This document shows positions 11,473-22,187 of a stretch of DNA of 64,000 nucleotides, piece after piece (position 1 is the first letter of the stretch; each line of letters opens with the position of its first letter). Source of the stretch: Nitrosopumilus sp. (GTDB taxonomy: Archaea > Thermoproteota > Nitrososphaeria > Nitrososphaerales > Nitrosopumilaceae); assembly GCA_965207445.1 (NCBI GenBank), contig CBDBLX010000002.1, forward strand, positions 2,359,849-2,423,848, written 5' to 3'. The notes under the pieces were generated by a model, which saw only the letters and a program-made list of their open reading frames with translations, was not told the DNA's origin and did not search any database. A program made the translations under genes and the position numbers.

Positions 11473-12765
11473 TTGAATGTTCGAGTTTTAGGAGCAGCAG
11501 GTGAGGTTGGAAGATCAGGTTTTTTGATAAATGGTGGTGACACTAACATACTACTTGATTATGGAGTTATGTTTGGGAGGAGAGGAAGCCCTCCAAAGTA
11601 TCCATTACATGTGAGGCCAAAGGATGTAGATGCAATAGTTATCACACATGCACATCTTGACCATTCGGGGTGTGTACCTGCAATGTTTGTGAGTGGAAGT
11701 ACAGATGTCTATGCTACTCTACCCACACTTGATCTATCAGAGTTGCTGATAACTGACATGCTAAAGATAGAGAAAAATGCGCATCAATTTGATATGCCCG
11801 AGTTGATCAACATGATGAAACACGCAAAAGGGATAGAGTACAAACAAAAGGTTGTAAAAGGAAACACCACATTTGAGTTACGTGAATCAGGCCATGTGAC
11901 AGGTGGAGGTACAGTACTAGTAGAGTCAGAGAACAAGAGACTCTTTTACACAGGGGATATAAAGACAAATGGCTCTAGGATGCTCCGTGAGGCAGACTTG
12001 GATATTGGTGAGATTGATATGCTTATCACTGAGAGTACGTATTCACAAACTGTCCAAACACCTAGAACAGAATCTGAGCGAGCGTTAATAGAATTTGCAA
12101 ATGAGGTGATGGATAGAAAAGGTATATTGTTCATACCATCGTTTTCAGTTGAACGGTCCCAAGAGATTGCATGTGTCTTGCGCAATGCAAACTTCAAACA
12201 CAAGATAGTAATGGATGGTATGGCACTAAAAGTAAATGATATAATATTAAAGCATCCGAATTATTTGCGCGATGCAGATGTGTTTAAGAGTGCAATAAAT
12301 GATGCAGTTACGATAAAGAGTCATGGACAACGAAAACATGTAATGAGGGAAGGTAAATCAGATAAAGGTTATGAAGAACCATGCGTTGTGATATCACCTG
12401 CAGGGATGTTGGTTGGAGGAAATGCAGTATTTTATCTACAAGAGTTGGCATTTGACAAACGAAATGGCATTGCACTTGTTTCATATCAAGGTGATGGTAC
12501 ACCAGGTAAAAGATTACTTGATACTGGCAAGGTAGAAGCACGAGGTATGGAAATTGATGTTGCAGCAGAAGTCAAAAAATTTGAATTTTCAGGCCATGCA
12601 GACAGAAATGAGTTATTTGCAATGTTGAAGAAAATACAGGGAGACCCAAAAGTACTCACAGTACACGGAGATGGGGAGGACTGTAAAGCATTTGCACAAG
12701 AGATTCACGATGAGTTTGGATGGGATGCACACGCACCCTCTGCAAATGACACAATACAGGTATAG
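11473..12765 (+). CDS. MBL-fold beta-CASP ribonuclease
   Basis: GAAGEVGRS, THAHLDH, TGD, ESTY, FSGHAD and VHG motifs. Confidence 0.9.
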   Translation: MNVRVLGAAGEVGRSGFLINGGDTNILLDYGVMFGRRGSPPKYPLHVRPKDVDAIVITHAHLDHSGCVPAMFVSGSTDVYATLPTLDLSELLITDMLKIEKNAHQFDMPELINMMKHAKGIEYKQKVVKGNTTFELRESGHVTGGGTVLVESENKRLFYTGDIKTNGSRMLREADLDIGEIDMLITESTYSQTVQTPRTESERALIEFANEVMDRKGILFIPSFSVERSQEIACVLRNANFKHKIVMDGMALKVNDIILKHPNYLRDADVFKSAINDAVTIKSHGQRKHVMREGKSDKGYEEPCVVISPAGMLVGGNAVFYLQELAFDKRNGIALVSYQGDGTPGKRLLDTGKVEARGMEIDVAAEVKKFEFSGHADRNELFAMLKKIQGDPKVLTVHGDGEDCKAFAQEIHDEFGWDAHAPSANDTIQV

Positions 12766-12785
12766 TGTTTATTCAATGAGTATAG

Positions 12786-13721
12786 ATGAGATATAATGAG
12801 ATAAATTTGGTAGACACCATTGATAGTGGCCAAGTTTTCTTGTGGAGTACAATCAAGGCAAGACAAAAGGGCGAGAATACACACAGAGAAAAGAATGAAT
12901 GGTACGGTGTCAACGGACAAAACATACTAAAAGTATACATGACATCAGATTATAGCAATGACAACATTATAGTGAAATCATACCACAACGGTAGATGGTA
13001 CAAAGATACAAGTGATCTTTTTAGAAATAAAGATGACATACGAAATAACATAACAAGATCACTTCCAAATGACAATACAATAAAGACGGCATTGTCAAGA
13101 TACCCAGGGCTTCGAATAATGCGCCAAGACCCATTCCAATGCACAATATCATTTATTACATCTGCAAATTCTAACATACAACGAATCAGAACAAATCTCA
13201 CAAAAATTACACAAAAGTTTGGCAAAGATGTAACAGTAAACAATATAGGCAAGATGCATCTTTTTCCGACACCTGATGTACTTGCAAAAGCATCGGTGCG
13301 CGAGGTAGAGGAATGTGGAGTGGGTTATCGTGCCAAATATATTGTAAAAGCCTCAGAGATGGTTGCATCAAAAGATATCAATTATGATGAGATCATGCAA
13401 ATGGAGAACTATTATGATGCATTAAATGCCATGTGTAAAATACCAGGCGTAGGAAATAAAGTTGCTGACTGCATACTACTTTTTTCATTAAATAGATCAG
13501 ATGCGTTTCCGCTTGATAGGTGGATGATTCGCATACTATCAAAGTATTATGGAAATATACTAGATATCGCAGATCAAACACAAAAAGTAACAGCATTGAC
13601 AGACAAACAATACAAAACCATACATGAAAAAATAGTACAATATTTTGGACCAAATGCAGGATATGCACAACAGTGGCTCTTTAAGATGGCAAGAGATGAT
13701 GCCAATGCCGCATGGCTTTAA
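12786..13721 (+). CDS. 8-oxoguanine DNA glycosylase (HhH-GPD, Ogg1-like)
   Basis: SGQVF, GLRIMRQDP, GYRAKY, PGVGNKVADC and AGYAQQWLF motifs. Confidence 0.88.
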   Translation: MRYNEINLVDTIDSGQVFLWSTIKARQKGENTHREKNEWYGVNGQNILKVYMTSDYSNDNIIVKSYHNGRWYKDTSDLFRNKDDIRNNITRSLPNDNTIKTALSRYPGLRIMRQDPFQCTISFITSANSNIQRIRTNLTKITQKFGKDVTVNNIGKMHLFPTPDVLAKASVREVEECGVGYRAKYIVKASEMVASKDINYDEIMQMENYYDALNAMCKIPGVGNKVADCILLFSLNRSDAFPLDRWMIRILSKYYGNILDIADQTQKVTALTDKQYKTIHEKIVQYFGPNAGYAQQWLFKMARDDANAAWL

Positions 13722-13758
13722 AAAAACCCTTAAAATAGCATTATAAAATTAACACTTT

Positions 13759-13833
13759 GGGCCCATAGCTCAGCATGGATAGAGTGTTGGACTTCTAATC
13801 CAATGGTCAAGGGATCGAAGCCCTTTGGGCCCG
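13759..13833 (+). tRNA. tRNA-Arg(TCT); integration target of the island
   Basis: Cloverleaf: acceptor GGGCCCA/TGGGCCC, anticodon arm ttgga-cttctaa-tccaa, T arm aaggg-atcgaag-ccctt; no encoded CCA. Confidence 0.95.
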
Positions 13834-13842
13834 CTCTAACAG
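13821..13842 (+). repeat. att core 1 (tRNA-Arg 3' end) CCCTTTGGGCCCGCTCTAACAG
   Basis: Identical 22-mer at 17424 and 25201. Confidence 0.9.
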
Positions 13843-13965
13843 CTGGTTCAGGCCCTCTTTTTTGCAATACGACCTTGCCGTTTGGCAGCACGCAAGCAAA
13901 CACCCATGCACCAGATACGATTAGGTGTTCTGCAGTGTCCGCGTCAACGACTGTCTGTCTCTTTA

Positions 13966-14512
13966 TTATGCCAGTATCGCAGCCTGTCCCTATATGTTGC
14001 CGGCGCGTCTTAGCGCCTCTAGCACCAGGTCAAGCTGCTCTGACGTTGCGTTCTGTATGATGTCGTGTAGTTCCTGTTTTTGGTCTACGGACTGCTGCAG
14101 ATTTGCATGCATGGTTGCTGCGCCATCCTCCAGATCCAAAAATTCTTCTGATCTGGCAAAGGCGTCACGCATCTCTCGTGTGAGCATTTCAGGCAGCATT
14201 CCCTTGTTTGTCGTGTATCGCGCCTCCATTGAGCCCTTGTGGCCCATGAAGAAGACACGAAAGTCGTGTGCAATTTTACCTCGTCATAGATTCTGGATCA
14301 AATACAAGCAAGTATAACATGAAGAAGACACGAAAGTCGTGTGCAATTTTACCTTTGGACTCTGCAATGAGCAGTTGCGTATCAAAGTAGGCGCGTAGTA
14401 TGTATGGTCTCCATGCAAACCTGGGGCGGAACGTCTTGCGAATCTCCTTGCTGATCTGCGGCGTGGACACGAATGTCTTGAGTGCCCTCTTGCCGCTGTC
14501 CTGTGGATGCTT
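13966..14512 (-). pseudogene. Tyrosine integrase C-terminal remnant 1 (nonsense codon, 73-bp insertion, truncated by IS630-type element)
   Basis: RPYILRAYF...FFMGHKGSMEARY catalytic R/H/Y region, adjacent to the att core. Confidence 0.85.
14245..14354. repeat. 37-bp direct repeat flanking a unique 36-bp insert (CRISPR-like repeat-spacer-repeat)
   Basis: catgaagaagacacgaaagtcgtgtgcaattttacct at 14245-14281 and 14318-14354; insert at 14282-14317. Confidence 0.9.
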
Positions 14513-16179
14513 AGTGATTTCATTAAAGATCCGATAGTTTTTGCAGGCGATTTCGGCTAGGCAGACGGGTACGGAGTGGAAAAATAGACATAATTGGCAC
14601 TATGTGTAGCAGATACCGTGTGGTGTCCAGAAGAGAGGTGAGAAATTGGTGTGTATGTCCAGTGGCAGGTATTAAGTAACTTTTGATCATTTGGTTTAAC
14701 TAATTTGACCTCGAGTGTCAAAAGGTGATGTGGCCATTAGTGTTTAATGAATACCCACAAAATGGTACATCGACTAGTATTCGCCGATGCCATATTTAAC
14801 GACTCTGCAGGCAGATCGTCTTGCGGCATCGACGAGGTGCGTATTTTTTGAAGACAGCCCATGTAGAAAGAGGGACGGGTTCATGCCCGACGTGTCCCTG
14901 GAAGATCTAAAAGCCGCCTACCGCAAAGAGCCTCCGGGCAAGTCCCGGGACAGACTGCAAGCTGCAGTTGGGCGAAAAAAGGGCAAGAGTGAGTCTGTAA
15001 TAGCCGCCCAGCTCGGACGCAGCCAGAGCGTCATATCCGAGTGGCTCAACATGCTACAATCAGAGGGCCTGGAGGGCAGGTATGACCGCAAGAGCCCTGG
15101 CAGGCCGTGCAGACTCACAAAAGAACAACAAGAACAGGCAAAGTCCAATTTGAGTAGTGAGTCGATGCAAAGTGGCTTTGAGCGTGGGACATGGACTGCC
15201 GCCTTGTTTGCATTGCATCGGGTAAACATTTTTGACGTCCAGTACACGTGGACCGGAGCCCTGGCGCTAGCTCACAGGATGGGCTTTTCAATAAGAATAC
15301 CCACAGGCCAATCCACCACAAGTCAGCCAGTCCATTAGAAGAACTGCATTATGTACACAACACAATACGCGACATCATGGCGCACGCCCGCGCCGGCTAT
15401 GAGGTGTTCTGTATGGACGCCTCTGCAATCACAAACTCGCCGTATGTCGCGCGCGGACTACATCTCCGAGGAGGCTCTGAGACTGTAAATGTCAACTTTT
15501 CAAAAACGCGCATGAAAATGCTGGGTGCACTCGGGGCCGGTACATGCCACCTGCACTTTTGCGACAGTGCAAATACTGTAAACGTCATAAAACTGTTGGA
15601 GGTGCTCCGAGAAAAGTACGGCAAGGTATTTGTCATATGTGACAATGCGTCTGCGCACAAGTCCAAAGACATCAAACAGTATCTGGAACAGACAAGGGGC
15701 CAAGTCGCACTATGGTACTTGCCGCCATACACTCCTCAGCACAATCCCATAGAGATCCAATGGCGCGAGATAAAGCGCGCATTGGTAGGCAGATACTACA
15801 AGGGTGGTTTTCCAGAGATTCAAAAGTCCATACTACACATGATGGAAAAAGGCGAGGTGGGTACAGTCAGGCTACTAGAGTACATGCGCAATGCCATACA
15901 AGACGCAAAGAACAACGCGCCAATACCAGAACTCCGGGCTGCATGAACTGCATATTACGCGAACTAGGTGGTCCGGGCGAGGCTGTGCGACGCACAGATC
16001 GTACTATGATCAGGACGGCTGCGCACATACCCTTTGCCACGTCGAAATACATGGCTAGCATGCACATGTCCATGGGAAAATCATGGAGCATGTCTGGATT
16101 ACAACATGGGGCCTGCCTGATTTCCCAATATATGATTATAAGAATGTCTAAAAACTATCGGATCTTTAATGAAACCACT
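14513..16179 (+). mobile_element. IS630-type element, copy 1; transposase 14883-15946 frameshifted near 15300
   Basis: TIR agtgatttcattaaagatccgatagttttt / aaaaactatcggatctttaatgaaaccact; HTH domain plus DNASAH and LPPYTPQHNPIE DDE motifs; 2-bp insertion relative to copy 2. Confidence 0.9.
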
Positions 16180-16410
16180 AAACATTCGGTTTTGATCGGT
16201 CTCACTCTAGCTGGGTCCCCACCATATCTCTGGCCTAACATAAACCATTCCAAGTGGACGTGTGCCACAAAGACATGAGTTAACAACACACCAAATCCAT
16301 GCTTAAAGTGACTTAACATTCACAGAATTTGTGCCTGCGAGGTCAATCGACATGAAAATGAACATATTATGCTCAAAAATCCATATATAGTACCGTGTCG
16401 TACTATACTT

Positions 16411-16466
16411 ACGGTCCTGTGTTTTGTATAGAACACGCCGGATACATTGTATCCAAGGGACCGCCA
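16411..16466 (+). ncRNA. Candidate DUF3800-associated structured RNA 1 (three-way junction), antisense to the gene
   Basis: P1 cggtcc/ggaccg, P2 gtgtttt/agaacac, P3 ggatac/gtatcc; TATA-like atatata at 16383; ends CCA followed by a T tract. Confidence 0.7.
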
Positions 16467-16469
16467 CTT

Positions 16470-17213
16470 TTACAATGAGCAGCTCCCACGCTTGAACACG
16501 TTGGGATGATCTAAGTTGTAGTACTTGTGAGATATGGACTTCCACCGGTCCTGCTTTTTACCTTGCGTCCTTGCCCTTATCAAGACAGAGTACGCAAAAA
16601 AATCACTGAGTTGGAGTATGGGTGCTTCTGCAACTCTTGCAAAGTGTATCCTTTCTTCAATGTTTGAAAACTTGACAGTCTGTGGGAGACTGGGTATCTT
16701 GAACAGCTGCCCATAGTTGGTCTGCATGTATCTGTTTATCTGTCGTGTCACATACTCGTGAATAATTTTTCCCGTGCTCTTTTGATCAAGCAAAAAGTAC
16801 TGAAATCGTTCTGTCAGAAATGAAAGAGACAGGGTCCTCTGCGGTACTTTGCAAAGATAGTCTTTGTATACATAGTCCATGTCTATGATGCAGGAAATAA
16901 GGTGGCAGTCAGAACTTGCAATTATGTCAAACATTTGGTTTGCAATGGCATATCTGGTGCCTCTATCTAGGGTATCGTATGGAGGTAGGGTCTCACTGCG
17001 CAGGCCGTGGTAGGACAGCTTGAATGTATCTGGTAGATCGGATCTTGCAAAATGCTCTTCAATTATTCCTTTAATTTTTTTCTCAAGTATTGGTATCTGG
17101 CCTACCTCTACGATCACACCTCCCAGCACGAAATACCGGTGTTCCATGTCTGGATGTGCATTGGGGTGGTAGTTCTGCACATGGCCGCTCTCATCTACGT
17201 AAAGGTTGTACAT
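16470..17213 (-). CDS. DUF3800-family protein (RNase H-like), apparently intact
   Basis: N-terminal LYVDESG, FVLGG, ERFQYFL and C-terminal LQLSDFFAY, matching the family DESG...QxxD signature. Confidence 0.8.
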   Translation of the reverse strand: MYNLYVDESGHVQNYHPNAHPDMEHRYFVLGGVIVEVGQIPILEKKIKGIIEEHFARSDLPDTFKLSYHGLRSETLPPYDTLDRGTRYAIANQMFDIIASSDCHLISCIIDMDYVYKDYLCKVPQRTLSLSFLTERFQYFLLDQKSTGKIIHEYVTRQINRYMQTNYGQLFKIPSLPQTVKFSNIEERIHFARVAEAPILQLSDFFAYSVLIRARTQGKKQDRWKSISHKYYNLDHPNVFKRGSCSL

Positions 17214-17329
17214 TTTTTATCTCAGCATAGAATTTAATTAAGTCTTTAAATACATGACGGAGTCCGGCGCCGATCGTGCCTTGCAAACTTCTTACTTTGA
17301 CTGCCAGTCACATCCTCTTGTAAACATAA

Positions 17330-17445
17330 ATTGAAAATGAGTAAAAATGTAGGAGGGGTATTGTAAGCGTCCCGGTTCGCTTTCTGCCGTCGTTACGGGC
17401 CCGCTCCCACAGCTGTGTCGGTACCCTTTGGGCCCGCTCTAACAG
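17330..17445 (+). repeat. Element-end arm plus att core 2 (core at 17424-17445)
   Basis: About 115 bp nearly identical to 25101-25222; the sequence downstream duplicates the region after 13842. Confidence 0.88.
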
Positions 17446-17516
17446 CTGGTTCGGACCCTCTTTTTTGCAATACGACCTTGCCGTTTGGCAGCACGCCAGC
17501 AAACACCCATATGCAT

Positions 17517-17624
17517 ACTGATATGATTAAAGATCCGATATTTTGATTGATGTTCATCTCGAAGTTGAGTACATATTATGAATACAAAATATTAGAAAAC
17601 TATCGGATCTTTAATGAAACTATT
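17517..17624 (-). mobile_element. MITE-A (108 bp) sharing TIRs with the IS630-type element; TSD ATGCAT/ATGCAC
   Basis: attaaagatccgata TIR core; absent from the paralogous site near 13905. Confidence 0.88.
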
Positions 17625-17684
17625 ATGCACCAGATACGATTAGGTGTTCTGCCGTGTCCGCGTCAACGACTGTCTATCTCTTTA

Positions 17685-18044
17685 TTATGCCAGTATCGCA
17701 GCCTGTCCCTGTATGTTGCCGGCGCGTCTTAGCGCCTCTAGCACCAGGTCAAGCTGCTCTGACGTTGCGTTCTGTATCATATCGTGCAGTTTCTGCTTTT
17801 GATTTATTGATTGTTGCAAGCCTGCGTGTATGGTTGCGCCATCTGCCTCCAAATCCAGAAACTCTTCTGATCTGGCAAAGGCTTCACGCATCTCTCGGGT
17901 GAGCATCTCAGGCAGCATTCCTTTGTTTGTCATGTATCGTGCTTCCATGGATCCCTTGTGTCCCATAAAGAAAACACGAAAGTCATGTGCAATCTTGCCC
18001 TTTGATTCTGCTATGAGCAGCTGCGTATCAAAATAGGCTCGCAG
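17685..18044 (-). pseudogene. Tyrosine integrase C-terminal remnant 2
   Basis: YLRAYFDTQ...MGHKGSMEARY; paralog of 13966-14512, cut by a MITE-E end. Confidence 0.85.
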
Positions 18045-18172
18045 GTAACTATTTTGCTTTTTGAAGCGCACACACATAAGGTAAAAAATTATGCTCATTT
18101 TTCTGATCATGACGATCTCGGCATTGTATGCTCATATATAATCAATTGGCAATAATAACGCGTAGATGATTA
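18045..18172 (+). mobile_element. Left-end remnant of MITE-E
   Basis: gtaactattttgctttttgaag... homologous to 40240-40365. Confidence 0.7.
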
Positions 18173-18439
18173 CAATACGCAGATGGGGCAAACGATTCTG
18201 TAGTTTTAACCGGGTTTGCATGCATTGCACAGCATATCAAAAAAAAGCTCTCGCCTCTGATCTTACCTGTTGCAAGTAGTGTGAGTAATATTGAGTTGTC
18301 CTCATACCACGAGACGTTCTGTTTCCACCATTACCTTCATTTTTTAGGGATACAAATACTCGATTAGTTCGTTCAACATCATTATTGTCTGTCCGCACAC
18401 CCTTTATGTAGATATTATGTATAATATCTAATGAAACAA

Positions 18440-18712
18440 CTATGCGGTTAGATGATTCATGAAAATTCCGGTCACATAAAATATTGCTATTCCAAGCCCC
18501 ATCCAGAGAGAATATTTTTGTTTTTTATAAATAAGATAACCAAGTATTATTCCTACTCCTCCAATTAAAAAATGAAGAGCAATAGCTTCCATTCCACTAA
18601 ATTTAGTTCCAAAAAACCACGTTTCTGCATTAATAAGAATGACCGGCAACATAAGGAAGGTGTAAAACACCCAATGCATACTTCCTATTATAACGTGTTT
18701 CATATTGTTCAA
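18440..18712 (-). CDS. Small membrane protein (about 3 TM segments), possible immunity/accessory protein
   Basis: Three hydrophobic segments; starts 12 bp after the stop of the upstream secreted-protein gene. Confidence 0.6.
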   Translation of the reverse strand: MNNMKHVIIGSMHWVFYTFLMLPVILINAETWFFGTKFSGMEAIALHFLIGGVGIILGYLIYKKQKYSLWMGLGIAIFYVTGIFMNHLTA

Positions 18713-18724
18713 ATGAAAAAAGGA

Positions 18725-19629
18725 TTAGGTTGTCCAGGTTGTAATTGACATGTCTAAATTTTCGTTTGAAGTGTCCATTGCATGGTTCCAGACGTTACTT
18801 ACGTAGATACTCATACCAGAGTTATAAGATCTTGTTTTTGCGCCGTGTTGTCCCCAGAACTCTGCGAATGTTCGGTCATTATCCCATATGTCGGCAAATA
18901 CGACACCGTTACTGTTCACAGTAAATGATTCTATGTCGGTAGTTCTTTGGTACTGGATCCTTCTCCAGTTGTCCCAGAATACATCCCAGCTTGGATCTGG
19001 ATGATCTTCGTCTGCAAAGGTTAGTGTGTAAGTTACTTGTGAAGATGTGTACGTGGTCCGGAGAATAGATAGTTGATTTCCACCATTAATGTCATATGAG
19101 TTTCCGGCACTGTCGGTACCAGAACCCCCATTAACATCAACGGTTACTTGTTTCCAACTGTTAATTGGGTATGGATTGCCGGAGGCATAAGCTGCTGGCA
19201 AGATAAACTCACCCTGAACAGACAGACCACCAATCTCGATTGTCTCCGTTATTGCGTCATCAGGTATAGCATTTACCATGTCTTGTCTTTTTACTTCATT
19301 CATGTGTTCCGTGATGATTAAATCTTTTAAACCGTCCTTATCTTCTGTGCCGAATTCAAAACTGTGCTTTTGGGATATTTTGGACACGATTTGTTCTAGT
19401 TTATCTGCATATTTTGTCTTGAGCTCATCTTTCTTTTCGTTAGGATCTTGCATCTCGCCTTTTACATAAGATTTGATTTCGCTGTCAATCTCTGCAAATA
19501 GGACTTTTACCTCTGCATCATGATTGTCTTTTGAAGCATCTACTTGAATAGATGCAACCGAAAACAACATGATTACGGCAACGGAGCAAGCAAAGTAGTT
19601 TTGATCGTTTCTGTACGTTTTGCATTCAT
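18725..19629 (-). CDS. Secreted protein with internal ILPAAYA motif; probable 1-bp frameshift in the signal peptide
   Basis: ATG at 19629 gives MNAKRTETIKTTLLA, which shifts into SVAVIMLFSVASIQVDA; TATA spacing matches the gene starting at 43626. Confidence 0.6.
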
Positions 19630-19649
19630 TGCATACCACTGCATCTCCA

Positions 19650-19688
19650 CGTTATATAAAGAAGTTTATCAAGATCTGGAGTGCCTTT
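19650..19688 (-). promoter_or_regulatory. Conserved promoter/operator shared with 43646-43684
   Basis: cgttatata...gatcYggagtgccttt present in both; TATA box about 22-30 nt upstream of ATG. Confidence 0.6.
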
Positions 19689-19895
19689 TGGCCGCGGAGT
19701 TCGGATCTACAACGCCGCAATCACATCTACACTGACACGATTTCAAATTGGTGGATGATCCCAGAACCGTACACATAATTATAGGCTCACAAAAAATTAA
19801 ACGTACGTATTCGCGTCCTAAGGTGGTTTTGTGCCTAAACAACGACCAAATGTATGAAAAACCAGGCACGACGTGAACTCATACAATTAAACTAA

Positions 19896-20053
19896 CCGAG
19901 TTTGCAAGAACCATTATGATGATTTCTCGACTACTGGTATGTGACTACAGCATCGTCTTGAGCTGGACCCCACCAATTGAGAACGCTTTTGGCATGAAAA
20001 AGGAAACACCGCCGGTCATTTGTTCACTTCCCGCCATTTTTCTGCAAACTCGG
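19896..20053. mobile_element. Possible MITE-D (TIR CCGAGTTTGCA)
   Basis: ccgagtttgcaagaa...ttctgcaaactcgg inverted ends; single copy, no TSD. Confidence 0.4.
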
Positions 20054-20065
20054 CCGGCGGCATGT

Positions 20066-21432
20066 CAGTAGTTCGCAATGTGCTCAATTTTTAATGATCT
20101 TATTTCTAATTATGCAGTGCGACAGATTTACAATGGTAAGGAACCACCGTGCTCTAATTCCCACCGAAGCAGTCTTCTGATTGAACCGGCAATTGAATCT
20201 ACAAACGCATCCATTGTGAATAATTTTTCATCTACAAGTCCGCCGTAATTTTCGTACCTTGCCATTACCCATAAACCATATAATAACATTCCAAAAAATA
20301 TCAACAGTAATCGAAGCTGCAAGGCGTTGCTAGTTGTCTTTGGAGTCGTGTTTTTATCACTCTGTATCCCGTCTCTATTATCCAGCGCTTGCAACAAGTC
20401 TCTGGGATGGTTTTGATGAGTTTGCTTTTGCTAGTGATTTTCATATTTGTGGCAAATGCTACATACTGACTGATTATATCATCAATTTCTTTGGCACTGT
20501 TTTTTTTCTTGATGACAAGTAATCTAAACTTGCTAATTTTTTGTTTTTGCCACACATCTTGATGACTGATGCAGTTTTTCTCTTTTTGTTGTGAATTTTT
20601 AAAATGTATTATGCTTATTTTTGATTGCAGGCATTATGAAAGGCAGGCGTAAAAGTTCATCTATGCATGAAACGTTGTAAAAACCTCGATCAAAGAGGCC
20701 AAGTTCCGGACGTGCACCTCGAATTAATTTTTCAATGATTTTACGCATGACTGTGACCATTTTATCATTACGGGTCACATGATGTGCAAACAATTACCTG
20801 CTTGATTCACCATTTGTGCTGTCATAAATGAATAAAATCGCGGTGCAATTTTTGGGTTTTGTTTTTAGCATCTCAGGTTTGAGTGCCTTGCCATAATATT
20901 CCCATCCAGTCATATCAATTGCAATAGTGCCACGCCTTTTTTGACCACGTTGTGTATTCTGGCATTGTTAAACAGTTTTGACGTTCTCGTCACCCCATTG
21001 TTTTACTTTCTCTAGATCTGCACTCTTTAGGCATTTGAGCACAGTATTTTCAGATGGTATGTTTATGCGCTCGTCTTTTTTAAAATAGTTAGCCTCATTG
21101 CGTTTTCTTTTGTGTGTTGCTGCATTTACGCACATGTTATCAAGTGACATGGTGGCAAGTGTACCAAGATAATCATCCACCCCATACTTGCTGTTATATC
21201 TGGTTGATATGTTTAGTCCGAGATCGATAAATCGTTTTCGTAAAATTTTATAATTTACTTGTCCTAATTCATATTGATGTTCTAGTACCTCATTTTTCAT
21301 ATAACATCAGAGGTACTAGAATGTTCCCACATATTATACTTTCTATTTGATCTGATCAAGTATGATCATTAACGTTCAACGATATTAAAAATTATTTAAA
21401 TAAAATCATATAAAACACATTGCGAACTACTG
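20066..21432 (-). mobile_element. ISH3-type IS with multiply frameshifted transposase
   Basis: TIR cagtagttcgcaatgtg; FDRGFY and KRWIIETGYR motifs. Confidence 0.85.
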
Positions 21433-22009
21433 ACATAACGCCCTCAAACGTCGGTATCCACGCGCCCACCGTGTAGAGCGTGAATGCGGCAAGGTACACC
21501 ATCCCGTTGGTGGTGACCGACTGGAACGCAATGTACCGAGTCCTTCCTATACCGTAAAAGACGCTGTCAGTTACGGTATTGAACGAGAACAGCACGTAGG
21601 GCACGAGTAGGATCCCGAATGCCACAACGGCTAGCCTCAACGTCTCCGCGTCGTCCGTAAGCGAGCCTGCTATGTCGCCGAAGAAAAAAAGCACAGGAAG
21701 CCAGACTACCGCCATTATAAGGGCCGTGACGAGCATGGATGCGAGCCAAAGCCTCCGGACCAGCTGCATGTCTGCTGACGCGTTGGCAATCAGAGCCTTT
21801 GCCGACTCGGCAAACGCTAGTACGGGCACTAGCACCCTGCTCCGAGGTAATCGGACATGTGGCAGGCCCACCGCTTGCAGGCCAAAGAATCGATGGCACG
21901 CAGGACACCCATCATCATTATAAGAGTCGTGCTCATGTGTACGGTGACGCAGAGCGTCTTGCAAGTAGGCCAAAACCAACAGCGCGTTGAAGAAACTGCC
22001 CGCAGTCAA
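21433..22009 (-). pseudogene. MATE-like membrane transporter fragment, truncated by the IS
   Basis: Hydrophobic ORF containing DSVFYGIGRTRY; GC-rich; frameshifted. Confidence 0.55.
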
Positions 22010-22080
22010 GACGCACCGATCCTGATCAGGTTATGGCCATCTCTGCCACGACGATCCCAGACATGCGAGAGTCCAAGTAT

Positions 22081-22161
22081 GTAATCGTTCAACCACCGTG
22101 CCTGCACCAGATGTTAGGCTGCGAGTCTGTGCCTAAATTTGGGAAGAGGTTGAACGGTTAC
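22081..22161 (-). mobile_element. MITE-B, TSD (T/A)CCAAGTAT
   Basis: Inverted copy with an 8/9 matching TSD. Confidence 0.85.
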
Positions 22162-22187
22162 ACCAAGTATCTACGGAAAACTAAAAT

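Noticed and set aside
14245..14354. Calling the repeat-spacer-repeat a functional CRISPR array
   Set aside because: Only two repeats, the repeat is integrase coding sequence, and there is no leader or cas gene in the window; reported as a scar instead.
15290..15310. Programmed frameshift in IS630 copy 1
   Set aside because: Copy 2 has a continuous ORF; copy 1 simply carries a 2-bp insertion with no slippery motif.
17424..17445. Additional tRNA genes at 17424 and 25201
   Set aside because: Only the 3' T-stem and acceptor strand are present, with no cloverleaf.
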